Assembly: GCA_001275005.1 (NCBI GenBank)
Contig: JWZX01001689.1
Coordinates: 1-38,725, forward strand
From: Chrysochromulina tobinii
Taxonomy: Eukaryota
DNA: 38,725 bases
Reading direction: 5' to 3'
Shown: positions 9,159 to 19,808 of the stretch, one piece after another
Layout: each line of letters begins with the position of its first letter
Position numbering within the stretch: position 1 is the first letter of the stretch
Program-made: the position numbers and the translations under genes
Notes under the pieces: model-generated
The model's database searches: none
Told to the model about the DNA's origin: nothing
The model's input: only the letters and a program-made list of their open reading frames with translations

Positions 9159-10332
9159 ATGGTGTCCGGCGGGATTGTGATATCGATCGCCGTGGGCGAA
9201 GAGCGGTGCTCGTGGCTGCGCGCGCTTGTATACAACGCCCTGGCCTTTTCTTGGAGCACTACGCAAATTGTGGTACACCTGTGCTCAGGCACTCTGTGCT
9301 CAGATGAGGATATCACTTCGTTGAATGGCACAAACTCCAGGGTGTACCTCAACGGAGTTCGCCTGCCAACCGTCCCCGGCACGGGTTTGCATCTGTACGC
9401 TCACCTGCTCAATGCGAGGTTTGCAGCAGCAAAGTGGCCACAGCTGCGCGAGAGTGGATACCTGATATTGCAAGCGTCCAACATGCTTTGGCTGCGACCG
9501 AACTTCGAAGTTGTCGTGCAAAAACATTACGTGCTCTGTTGACAGTAGCGGATGGCATGGGAAGGCAAGTTCTCGAGCATCAGCTTTACAAAATATGGCT
9601 TGGAACCTGCGGAAATTAACGCCAGCCGAGCGTACCAGTCTCAACATAACAAAGCGCGACTGGGGAGACCGCATCTCTGCAAAAGTGTACTTCAACCTTA
9701 CAGGCTCAGTGCCCGTGTGGGCGGGCAATCGATATAGCTATACAACCGGGGCGAACGTCTGGTCGTACCACGAGGGCAGCTTTTATCCTATATCGGTCAT
9801 ATTGCGATTCTTGGATTATGTCGACGCCCACCTCACACTAGACGAGCTAGGTCGTGCTACGTTGATGCCTGAAGAATTCTGGCTGCAGGCATGGGTGGCG
9901 AACCGGGAGCCAACATTGCGTGTGCATAAACAACCGAGGCAGCTGGCGGCTCGCTGGAAGGTGACCGTTAAGGAAGGTCGGGTTCCTTTAGGCAAGGTCA
10001 TGGAATATGCTACAGCTTTAAATGCGTCGAGAGCACGCTCAGGCAATCAACGAATCAATTGCAGCAATGCACTGGCTGAGCGAGAAAATGAGCCAGAATT
10101 TCATAATCTGCCGTTCTATGCATGGAAGCGATTCGAGCGGAATTTGTCCGACCTGACCACGGCCGCCGTCCTCAAACTGCGCTCTTGTTTTCGAGTGGGC
10201 CCGGATGCTGGGCGAGGATGTTATCCACGTGCATGCGTGGTGGTGACGGGGGGCGGGGCAGACTCGTCAGAAAGACCGCGGACACCCGAAAGTACCGCGG
10301 ATACCCGAAAGGCCGCGGACACCCGAAAGTGA
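9159..10332 (+). pseudogene. Frameshifted orphan gene (two overlapping ORFs, shift near 9520-9530); possibly glycan-related
   Basis: ORF 9159-9542 (...HLLNARF...YLILQASNMLWLRP) overlaps ORF 9511-10332 (...SYHEGSFYP...PEEFWLQ). Both read as globular protein with similar codon style. Removing one base at CAAAAACATTACG fuses them. Confidence 0.55.
10270..10332 (+). repeat. 3.5 x 18-19 bp repeat GAAAG(N)RCCGCGGAYACCC ending in the ORF stop codon
   Basis: Directly visible; TGA at 10330-10332 lies in the partial fourth unit. Confidence 0.8.
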
Positions 10333-11456
10333 CGGGCAGCAACGAGAGCAGTGTAACGGGCTCGTGAGAGGGCGGGTTGATAGATGATAGACTGGTGAAT
10401 GCGTGTGTGGGAGAGGGCAGAGGGAAGGCATGTAAATTTGGCCCTTCGCGTTATTGTCTCCTGAGCCGCTGAGGGTACGTTATATAATCCAATTGTGGAG
10501 TTCTCTGAATAACTGAAAACAAGGAAAAGTCCTCCGCTGCGTCGTATGGTACCGGTATGTGGATCCAGCTCTGTACTACTGTTCCGTTTGGTTGTCTGTT
10601 CTTGTGTCTGTTGTTTTATGTTATACGAGTAGACCGCGGTAGACGTTGACTTTGCACGGGCCAGAACACGTCCATGAAGAGCGACGCAACAATCCGCAAT
10701 TATAAATTGGAACCTGTGAACGCAGCTATGAAACACAGACAACGGGGGACCGGAGTGAAAAGCCTAAGCTGCAAGGACAGTTGACGAGCCCCGAGCCCAC
10801 GACAAGCAACGAAGAGAACAAGCAGTTACAGGTTTCCATACCCGTGTCCCGCTGTGTCACCATGCCGTCCCATGTTCCCATGTTCCCATGTCACATGCCG
10901 CCATACTCTCACGCCGACATCCCCTCGAAATTCCCACACCGCAATCCAGGGGGTCCCGCCAATGTGTGGGTAGCTTGGTCAGTTACAAATCTCTCTCTAG
11001 ACTTGTATTAGCCGGGACACGCACACGGTTCACACACAGAAGAATAAGACCGAGGTCGATAGTTCTGTATACCATTCAAAAAGCACCGGGGGGAGTTACA
11101 GTCTGTAGGCACTCACACGACACACGGAACATACCGGTACCTGAGTCGGCCGCGGGGAGCGGTCGGCTCCGGGGCTGCGGCTGTTGACGTGTTGAGTCGG
11201 CCGCGGTTTCAGTCGTCGTGCGGTCGTGCGTGTGAATGCGTTGGTGGGTTGGGATGGTTGTGAGGTTCGTCTGTGTGATACGTGTGCCCGTGTGCGCCCG
11301 TGTGTTAGAAGTCACACAGACACACATTCACATTCACACACATTCACACCATGTCCCGTCCCGCAAACCCCCGGCGGCGCGGGAACGATCCTCACAACCT
11401 TGCGAGCACCTCCGACGACGACTCACGAGGGCGACCACCACAGCCCGGACGAGAGC

Positions 11457-12905
11457 ATGGAGCTTCATTCTGTGTCAGCTAGGGTGCATCGACCTAGGAG
11501 CATTGGAATAGGCATGCGTGCTATGCACGTGGACGTCCTCGAGATCGTTGAAGACGGTGGTACTGGGCCGATTTGCATCCAGTGTACCACTGAATCGTCA
11601 TCTGCGCCGTCTGCACCTGCCACCGCTCCGGCATTCTCAATTGATCCACGCGCCTCACCAGCCTCCTCAGCTGGTCCGAGCGCTGAGCCAGCGTCGTCCT
11701 CAATTGTTCCTGACGCTGAGCCATCGGCTGCGACGCCAGTCGAGGCAAGCACGTGGGGTAAGGCTCGGCCGCTTGGCATGGCAGCACCTCCTGCTGGAGC
11801 AGCCGCGGAGCAGCAGCTGGCCCACCTCCTCGCGGCAAAGCAGCTGCGCGAGGATGTGCTCCGTCGGCAGCCGGCACGGGAAGTACGCTCGGCGAAGGGG
11901 GAAAAGCACGGCTCGCTCGTACACAAGGAGTCGGGCGGCCATCTTTGCATGTCCATCGTCGGCCACCCCAATGCAACCGGCGAGTGCGTGGCCGATGTGA
12001 ATTTCTACGACACCTGGCGGGCCGACGTGTCGCTCAAGGTGACAGGTTTCGGCACGGGCTTGCTGCCGCTGCTCGCTCTCATCCACGAGCCCGACCTGAC
12101 GGTCGACTATCTGCCTCGACAGCCAGGGCTGCCATACATAGAGCACTTGCAGGTGGTTCATCAGTGGGCTGCGAACGATTGGTTGTACCACTGCTTCGTG
12201 AGCCCGTTCGGCCCGCTGCCCGGCGCGGACGACGTGCACAACTTCATCCTTTTCGATAACATGGACGCGCCAGCGGACCCATGCTTGATCGGTTACGCTG
12301 TCTCACCCGCCGAGGGCGACGAGATTTATCGAGGGTGGCCGGTGCCCAAAGTCAAGAGCTGGAGGCGCAAGCGCAACTACGTCCTCGGCGCCACGACGAT
12401 CATCAGACCCTCGGCGCAGCCGGTGCTCACACTCACTATACCGAGCGCCAAGCTGCCCAAGTGCGCCTCGCCGGGGTGCGCCTTCGCCGTGCACTCATGC
12501 CTGAGCGCCGGCAGCGGCCGCTTCTGCTGCCACAAATGCGAGCACAGCCCAGGCAAGCACGCGTCGAGATGCGAGATGGTGAAGTTCGATGGAGGTGGCG
12601 GCGCGCAAGCGTGGCAGCTGCCCGCGTACGGTACCCTCGAACTCGAGCTCTACGTCAACGTCCAGCTACCCATCCCCACCTTCCTCATACCGCTCGCCCT
12701 CGTCCGCTGGATCTTCCCACGCCTCGTGCGCCTCGTCTACCCGGTGCTCTTGCTGCTCAACGAGCGCTTCGTCGCCTTACCTTTTAGCCAGCGCGTGCGC
12801 GAGGACAAGGACGGCTTCTACAAACTGGTAGCTGACGCTCTCAAGGCGCCCGATCGGCCTTGCAACGCGCGAGGCCGAGAGGGAGAGGCCAAGTTTGTGC
12901 TGTAG
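11457..12905 (+). CDS. Hypothetical protein with START/SRPBCC-like domain and Cys/His-rich insert
   Basis: Long GC3-rich ORF. LLPLLALIHEPDL and LELELYVNVQLPIPTFLIPLALVRW resemble START-like lipid-binding folds. Insert CASPGC..H..FCCHKC....H..RC. Start ATG inferred. Confidence 0.6.
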   Translation: MELHSVSARVHRPRSIGIGMRAMHVDVLEIVEDGGTGPICIQCTTESSSAPSAPATAPAFSIDPRASPASSAGPSAEPASSSIVPDAEPSAATPVEASTWGKARPLGMAAPPAGAAAEQQLAHLLAAKQLREDVLRRQPAREVRSAKGEKHGSLVHKESGGHLCMSIVGHPNATGECVADVNFYDTWRADVSLKVTGFGTGLLPLLALIHEPDLTVDYLPRQPGLPYIEHLQVVHQWAANDWLYHCFVSPFGPLPGADDVHNFILFDNMDAPADPCLIGYAVSPAEGDEIYRGWPVPKVKSWRRKRNYVLGATTIIRPSAQPVLTLTIPSAKLPKCASPGCAFAVHSCLSAGSGRFCCHKCEHSPGKHASRCEMVKFDGGGGAQAWQLPAYGTLELELYVNVQLPIPTFLIPLALVRWIFPRLVRLVYPVLLLLNERFVALPFSQRVREDKDGFYKLVADALKAPDRPCNARGREGEAKFVL

Positions 12906-13525
12906 AAATGTTATGTCTATGTCGTCACCGCGACCGTACCTAACGCGCGGCAGCGACACCTTCATCGGGGCGCGACGCGCGTATGAGCCCGGCCCACCTC
13001 TAATTCTCGCCTCTGTTGTTCCCGCGTCTGAAAGCACGGCAACCGGTCGCGGGCGACGCGCGACCCGCGCCGGGGCCGACTAGTCGACTACGATATAAGT
13101 TATAACGACGCCTTCTCGCGACCGGTCGCGCGGGCACACCGGGGCGCGGGGGCGGGGCCGCGGCGACCGCGCCTGTTTCGCACGTCGTAAACAATCCCAT
13201 GAAGCATGATGGGTATACGGTGCCTCCGAAAATTGCGAAAATATCAAAATACGGTACTGCAAGAACCAAGAACGCAAGAAGGACGACCACAGCCACACCT
13301 CCGCGCGCACCCGGACGCCGCCCCTCGCCGCCCGTCATGTGCGCGTCAAGCGGCAGTCTGTGGCCTTCGATTGAATCGATTCTTCGATAGGTCTTCGGAG
13401 AGTTTCGTTCTTTCGTATGAAGCCAGCCCTGGACCCCTCTTTAACTCCCGGGGGGTCGGGCGGCACGAGGCCACAGTTCCAACACACTCCCATTGGCGGT
13501 GTAGGGGCGTTGGGGGAGGGTGGAG

Positions 13526-14176
13526 ATGCATCCCATAATTCCCACAGTTTCCGGATATGGGAAACCTCCTCTCGTCGATCAAGTTAGAAGTTTGAGAAAT
13601 TGCGGCGAGGCCCGCACGCCCTCACAGTGGGGCCTCACTTTCGGGACTCTCGGGCAAATGGTGCGTTCATCCCCGAGCAAAGGTCTTCTCGTGCCCGGAT
13701 GGCGCGGGAAGACACCCACCCCGAGCTCCAACGACCCTGCAGATCTGGCAAGCATTCTAACGAAACTGTCGAATGGCTCGCTGCTGTCACAAGCGGAGGC
13801 AAACAATGAGTCCAGGACGAACAGGGCCGACATCACGCTTCGGGAGATCGCCGCTGACGGGCAAGATGATTACAACGTAGAAGAGTCTCGGTTGCGCCGC
13901 TTTCTCGCCGTCCGCAAGAGTGCGGTGAAAGCCGAGGAGGCGCAGACGGCTGCATGGAAAAACTCACCTGAGGGCACGGCAGCTCTGCAACGCTCTTCCA
14001 GATCCCCCTCAACGCCTCCAAGTCGGAGCAGCACCAGCTCGCGAAAAAGCACGCCCTCGCCGAGCAAACGCAGCTCATCAGGCGCGCGCAAGGCCGGCGA
14101 CTCCACACGTTTGTTCGGGACTAGTATCAGCCGCTCGCTCGATGCGGACCTCGCGAAGGTGGAGTCCAACATTTGA
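13526..14176 (+). CDS. Orphan hypothetical protein, Ser-rich C-terminus
   Basis: 216-codon ATG-started ORF with protein-like composition but weaker GC3 bias. No family recognised. Confidence 0.35.
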   Translation: MHPIIPTVSGYGKPPLVDQVRSLRNCGEARTPSQWGLTFGTLGQMVRSSPSKGLLVPGWRGKTPTPSSNDPADLASILTKLSNGSLLSQAEANNESRTNRADITLREIAADGQDDYNVEESRLRRFLAVRKSAVKAEEAQTAAWKNSPEGTAALQRSSRSPSTPPSRSSTSSRKSTPSPSKRSSSGARKAGDSTRLFGTSISRSLDADLAKVESNI

Positions 14177-14606
14177 TCTTTCGATGTTGTGTGCTGCAGC
14201 CTATCACACCCTTTGGTGACCTTGGTCCATGGTCGTGGATGCGGATTTGATGGTGCAATATAAAATAAATGGTCGTGGATCGGATGATTGGAGAACGGGT
14301 CGATTAGATGATGGTCGAGGCTCTCGCCAGATTGCACGAGGTTTGCGTGGATTCGGCGGGCAACCATCGCATCGAGGGAGCGATGGGCGAGGCGCAATGA
14401 CGACGGAGCTGCGAGATGCAGCAGCCGAGGTGCATCGAAGTGCGGCAGAAGTGCGGCAGCCGAAGGTGAGGCGCTCTGGTTCTCTCCGTGTTCTTGAAAA
14501 TGTGAGTGTAAAGTTATCGTGAAATCAAACCACGGAACCATGACTGTCCGCAATCCAGGTTCCGAATTAATTGACGGATTTTAGAACGTTGCGAACAAAA
14601 TTCATA

Positions 14607-16049
14607 ATGACGAAACACACTCGACCTTCTCCCCTCGTCATGGCCGCACCCGCCTCGCAGGCGATGGAGCGCGAGGGCAAGGCGCCGCCCACGCGAAAGG
14701 GGCTCCTCGCGAGCCTCTTCTGCCCGTGCGTCGGCAACGTCACCACTGCCGGAGTGCGCTTCCGCCGCCAGGAGATGGTCTTCTACGATAGTGCAAAGGC
14801 GGAGCGATCGCTGTGCGGTCGTGTGCACTACTGCCTCGCGTGCCCGGGCTGGTCCAAGGTCACCAGCCAGCGCGTTGTGTACAGTAGGTGGGACCTCGTG
14901 CCTATCACAAAGGCGCCCGGCATCTGCTGCGCTGCATGCTGTGACTGTGGTGGTGAGGATGCCGACTGGCTGCCGCCCGACCCGGTGGTGATCCGCACGC
15001 CCGACAAGCCTTCGGGCACGTGCAGCGTGCCCTGCGGGCGCACGCTCGACACCTTTGACGCCGAGATCATCGTGGATGCGTCGGCGCACCAGACGCTCTG
15101 CCAGATCTGCCGTGGCGAGGGCGACATCGTGTTGTACCGGAAGGCGGCCGTCGACCTGTCTGATGCGAGCGAGGTGTTCGTGGTGCCTGATGTGGTTGCG
15201 CCCTTTGACGTCTTCAACGACGTGACGTTCGAGCTCTCCAAGATCAACCTGCAGGGTGCGCGCGCCAGCACGCTCGGCGCACGCATGGGTGCAACAGTGT
15301 GGTCTCACGAAGCCCGCTCAGGCGCCGTTGGGCCTGTCCAGCACAAGCCGTGGCGTGGCCAGCAAGAGCACGTGTACTATGACTCCCTCACGGCGCGGCG
15401 CACGTGCCTCGGCTACCTGTGCAGCCACGACTGCTGCTGCCCGCCCATCTACAAGGTGACCTCCGAGCGTGTCCTGTACACCGATTGGGACTTCTGGTAT
15501 CCGTGCGAGGATCCGCTCCAGTCACTCACTTGGTGCGCGTGCTGGGCTGGCCGCGGCGTGGCACGCGAGTGCTGCTGCGCGATCGGCGCGAGCGAGGCGG
15601 CTGTCGAGCGGCTCAAGGCGAAAACGGCCCAGCAGCTCCAGCAGTCTGCGGCCCACCCTGCACAGCACCATTGCAGCCGCTGCTGCGCGCTGCCCGTAGG
15701 CCGCACCGCGCACTTCTTCGACCTCGACATCGTGGCCGATATCCGCGCGAAGCAATCGTGCTGGCAGCTGTGCGTCAATGAAGGCTCGCTACATTTCGGG
15801 CGGCTCGCCGGCGCCGACGCGAGCCACAACCAGCGCACGCACACCTTTTTCAACGTCAAGTCCGTGCCCGAGGTCTTCGCCTACTTTGATGAGCTCTCCT
15901 TTGAGTTCTCTCGCATGGAGCTCGCGCACTTTCGACAGAACGCGATGGGGAACGACATGCTGCGGGCTGCAGTGGGCTCGTCGGTGGGCTCGTCCGCCCC
16001 ACGCGCGCCCGCCCTGAACTCCGGTCTCGCCACGGATCAGAGCATTTGA
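14607..16049 (+). CDS. Cys-rich protein with two internal repeats resembling bacterial PH (bPH_2-like) domains
   Basis: Repeat 1: KVTSQRVVY...GRTLDTFDAEIIVDASAHQTLCQICRGEGDIVL. Repeat 2: KVTSERVLY...GRTAHFFDLDIVADIRAKQSCWQLCVNEGSLHF. Confidence 0.75.
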   Translation: MTKHTRPSPLVMAAPASQAMEREGKAPPTRKGLLASLFCPCVGNVTTAGVRFRRQEMVFYDSAKAERSLCGRVHYCLACPGWSKVTSQRVVYSRWDLVPITKAPGICCAACCDCGGEDADWLPPDPVVIRTPDKPSGTCSVPCGRTLDTFDAEIIVDASAHQTLCQICRGEGDIVLYRKAAVDLSDASEVFVVPDVVAPFDVFNDVTFELSKINLQGARASTLGARMGATVWSHEARSGAVGPVQHKPWRGQQEHVYYDSLTARRTCLGYLCSHDCCCPPIYKVTSERVLYTDWDFWYPCEDPLQSLTWCACWAGRGVARECCCAIGASEAAVERLKAKTAQQLQQSAAHPAQHHCSRCCALPVGRTAHFFDLDIVADIRAKQSCWQLCVNEGSLHFGRLAGADASHNQRTHTFFNVKSVPEVFAYFDELSFEFSRMELAHFRQNAMGNDMLRAAVGSSVGSSAPRAPALNSGLATDQSI

Positions 16050-16390
16050 TGCGCGCAGCTCCTACTGCGCCGACGGGATCGACACCCCTAGCTGCTGCGG
16101 CCTCTGCGTCGCCAGGATGGCGGAGTGTTGCCGGAGCCGCTGCTGACGCGCCTCGGCCCTCACCGTGGGCGGCCCGGGGGCGGCCGAGGCGGCGCGCACT
16201 GTGGGCGGGGCGGCATGTCTTCGCCCTTGAAGACACGTGGAAGGAGCGACTTAGCACTTACTCCCCCACCCCTCAACAAGCTATTTGTAGAAGCGGTGTG
16301 GTGATCGCTGGGGACTGCGACGAAACCTGTCGTGTTAACGTTCACACTGACGGACCGTAAGAAGCCATTTGCTTTGCGACAACGGCCGCC

Positions 16391-17803
16391 ATGGCTGACA
16401 CACGCTCCCCGCTGGCGCCCCGCAACGACGGCGGCGACGAGCGCCCATCCGAGGCGTCGCGCGTCAAGTTCACACCAGCCGAGGAGCTCTCGAGCCGCTC
16501 GATTCACGGCTCCTACTTCCACCCGAATAGCTCCTCCTTCTCGCTCATCTCGGGCTCGTCCAAGATGCCGTCGCACATGCTCGCCGAGGACCTGATCATG
16601 AAGGGTGCCAAGCGCCGGCCCACGCTCGGTCAGAGCATCTCCGACTTTTACGCGTCGATTACGCACCTCCACTTCCAAAACCTGCGCATTGTCGGCGACG
16701 TCGAGCCGATCCGCCTATGTGCAAACCTGCGCGTGTTGTACCTGTACGAGAACCGGCTGACCTCGCTCAAGGGCATCGGCCAGCTGCGCAAGCTCACGAA
16801 CCTGTACGCCCAGGATAATCGCATCGCTGACCTCTCCGACTTTGAGGCGCCGCCCGCGCTCACGCAGCTCTACCTCGGCGGCAACCGCCTCTCGCTCATC
16901 GAGGGCCTCGAGGGCTGCGAGGCTCTGGAGGAGCTGCACCTCGAGGGGCAGCGGCAGCCAGAGCGTGAGGTGGCTGAAGCGGGATTACTTGCGCGCATCG
17001 CCACGGTGCGCATCGCCGAGGAGGAGGTCGCAGACGGCGCCAAAGGTATGGACCTGGCGGACGGGTCGGATGCGGCCACCGCCCAGGCGCCGGCCACCGG
17101 GGCCGACCCGTTCACCGGCGGCGCGACGATACCTGCGCTGTCGATCGCGCCGGCGAGCCTGATGGCGATCGCGCCGACGCTGCGCAAGCTCGTGATGCAT
17201 CACAACGGCCTCGACGACGAGGCTCTCGAGCCCATCGTGGTGCTCCAGGCCCTCACGTCGCTCGATGCGCGTCACAATCGGATCTCGTCTGTGGCGCGGC
17301 TGCAGCAGCTGCTGGTGCGCATGCCGCAGCTCGTTTCGGTGCAGCTCCACGGGAATGACGAGCTCACGAGCGCACCCAAGTTCCGCGAGCGTGTCATCGT
17401 AGCGACCCATGCGGTGGCAGAGCTCGACGGCAAGCCCATCAAAGAGTCTGAGCGAGCATTCCTGCTACAGCTGGCGCAGCGCCAGGCGATCCCGGCGGGC
17501 CCGGCACGCGCCGCTGCCGCCCCGCCCACGGTGCGCGCCGCCTCGGCCGCCCCCGGGCCGCCCACGGTGAGGGCCGAGGCGCGTCAGCAGCGGCTCCGGC
17601 AACACTCCGCCATCCTGGCGACGCAGAGGCCGCAGCAGCTAGGGGTGTCGATCCCGTCGGCGCAGTCGTACGTGCTTGGGAGCGGACACGGGCTCGTGGG
17701 CGGCGTGCCCGCGGGCTTTGGCGAGCAGGAGGAGCGCGGAAACTCGGCGGGGCTGCCTAGCGGCACGCGCCGCCCGTGGGCGCGCACGCCGCACGCGGTC
17801 TGA
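16391..17803 (+). CDS. PPP1R42: SDS22-type leucine-rich-repeat protein, PPP1R42 (LRRC67)-like
   Basis: ITHLHF..., LCANLRVLYLYENRL, LTNLYAQDNRI and LYLGGNRLSLIEGLEG..LEELHLEGQR follow the PPP1R42 LRR pattern. LRR cap ...LDGKPIKESER. Confidence 0.8.
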   Translation: MADTRSPLAPRNDGGDERPSEASRVKFTPAEELSSRSIHGSYFHPNSSSFSLISGSSKMPSHMLAEDLIMKGAKRRPTLGQSISDFYASITHLHFQNLRIVGDVEPIRLCANLRVLYLYENRLTSLKGIGQLRKLTNLYAQDNRIADLSDFEAPPALTQLYLGGNRLSLIEGLEGCEALEELHLEGQRQPEREVAEAGLLARIATVRIAEEEVADGAKGMDLADGSDAATAQAPATGADPFTGGATIPALSIAPASLMAIAPTLRKLVMHHNGLDDEALEPIVVLQALTSLDARHNRISSVARLQQLLVRMPQLVSVQLHGNDELTSAPKFRERVIVATHAVAELDGKPIKESERAFLLQLAQRQAIPAGPARAAAAPPTVRAASAAPGPPTVRAEARQQRLRQHSAILATQRPQQLGVSIPSAQSYVLGSGHGLVGGVPAGFGEQEERGNSAGLPSGTRRPWARTPHAV

Positions 17804-18051
17804 TGTTGAGTGTGGGCGTGTCGTGCACCTCGTGCAAGCTCAGTGGAACTTGCCTTCCTTTTTGCCAATGTGCTTTCGCTAGAGTGCAAACACGGTCTTC
17901 GAAAGCGGTTTCGGCAATCTTCGTGAACCATCTTGCACTGAAACTGCCCAAGCGTTTTTTGGGGGGACCGGACGGTGCGAGCCCACGCCGTCCGACGATC
18001 GACCCGACGGACCCACCTGGCGCAGGCCGAACGAAGCGATCGGAAAACCCG

Positions 18052-19717
18052 ATGATGATGCAGCAGTGCATGCCCTGCCCAACATTAGCAAAGCCCATCT
18101 CAGTGAAGGTGCCGCTCCCGCCTGCCCTGGTGGAGGTCGCGACGCCGCAGTCCAATGACGACTGGTTCAGCGCCAAAAAGCGCAAGCGCACGGTGAGCCA
18201 TCGCGCGCCGGCCTGTCCTCGCGCCCCCGGGGCGACGCCTGGCAATTCAAGGAACCTGCGCCGCAGGCTGCCGCGCGCCAATGCGCGCTCGATGGATTGC
18301 AAGCTGGCCCCCCAATGCTTAAATATCGCGACCCTCCCGTGCGTCGGCAGGTGGCCTGTGGCCAATGTGACGCGTGCTGCCGCGATGATTGCGGCACGTG
18401 CCTGAACTGCCTGGACAAGCCCAAGTTTGGAGGCAGCGGTGCGCGCTCCGCAGACGGTCGCTGCGCGCGCGTCTCGGCGCGGCGCGCCGAGAGGGGCGGG
18501 AGACTAACTGCCCGCCCAAACGGTCCATCCCAGGGCCAAGGCCCCGCTGGGCGGCCATTGGTGCCGGGCACGCGGTCATCGGTTGGGCCGTGATTGCCGC
18601 AGCCTGTGCCGCCTGCCCCGCGCCGCCCTCCGCCTCTCCCCACCCCCTGAGCCCCTGCACTCACTTTTGTGTGGTCCCACCTGCCGTGGTCCTGTCGGCA
18701 GGCATTCGCAAGCAGTCGTGCCTCGAGCGCAAGTGCAGGCAGCCAATGGCGGCGCCGACGCCGGGCAGTGGGCTGCGGTCCGGCCCCATCGTCGTCGCGA
18801 GCAGCACACCTGCCGTGCAGCTCGCCACGACGCTCCTCGGAGCGCCGCCCGATACGGCGCCCGCGGCCAAGGCGCGCAGCTCGATGGCACCGCAGGAGTT
18901 CGAGCAGTTCTGGTCAGCCGTACAGTGCTGCATGCTGCTGCAGGGCGGGCCCGCCGCCGCCGACGCGCATGCCGCAATGCTCGAGCAGATGCATGAGGCG
19001 CGCTCGGCTGCCAAGGCCTCGGCGCAGCGCGCACGCACCAATCGGTGCGGCGGGTGCGCCGGCTGCTTGCGCGGCGACTGCGGTGCTTGTAAAAATTGCC
19101 GCGACAAGCCAAAGTTCGGGGGCAAGGGCATCAAGAAGCAGGCGTGCGTGCGCCGCGCGTGCAACAACCCGCTGCCCGATGTGCATGAGGACGACGAGGA
19201 TTTCGACGACGACGAGTGCGAGCCTCTCGCCAAGACCGCACGGGTGCTCGCGAATGGTCCCGACGGTTTCCTTTCCGCGGCGCCCTCACCTAGCTCAAGC
19301 GCGTCGCAGCACAAGGGCAGCGTGCCCATCTTCGAGCTCGGCGCCGACGCGAAGATGCGCTCCAAGGTAAGCAATGGCAGCTGCGGCATGCTGCAAGATA
19401 CGCGCCGGCGGCTGCAGGAGCTGCGGGCGGCGAACGGCGCGATCACCTTCGAAAACGGCGCCTTCGAGGACATCGTGAGGCCGTCGTCGTCGATGTCGAC
19501 GGGCTACTCGACGGCGGACGAGTACGAGGTGGACGCGGAGGAGCCCGACGACGATTCGAATGGTTCCGAGCAAAACTCGGCCACCGATGATGCCGATGAG
19601 GGCGAGGGCGTCGAAGGCACCTCCGGCGAGGCTTCCGGCGAGGCTCTGCTCGTGGCACTCGCGCGCTCCGGATCGCGTGAAGGCTCTTCACAGGGCTCGC
19701 GTGCAGGCTCGCCGTGA
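18052..19717 (+). CDS. Double CXXC zinc-finger protein; exons 18052-18192, 18351-18438, 18702-19717
   Basis: GT-AG introns at 18193-18350 (phase 0) and 18439-18701 (phase 1) rebuild ACGQCDACCRDDCGTCLNCLDKPKFGGSGIRKQSCLERKC. Second finger: CGGCAGCLRGDCGACKNCRDKPKFGGKGIKKQACVRRAC. NLS-like KKRKR and acidic tail. Confidence 0.9.
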
Positions 19718-19774
19718 AGAGCCCTGGAAGAGCCTTTCCCTCAGGAGACGAGGTGGCGTGTGTCGGGTCGTCGC

Positions 19775-19808
19775 GGGGCATCAAGGGGCATCAAGGGGCA
19801 TCAAGGGG
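19775..19808 (+). repeat. 3 x 10-bp GGGGCATCAA repeat just 3' of the CXXC gene
   Basis: Directly visible. Confidence 0.9.

Noticed and set aside
11085..11110. CCGGGG...TTACAGT motif similar to 22116-22140
   Set aside because: The match is too short and gapped to support as a repeat family from this window alone.
17776..18701. ORFs 17776-18405, 18297-18593 and the start of 18389-19717 as separate genes
   Set aside because: They are explained as exons and introns of the single CXXC gene.
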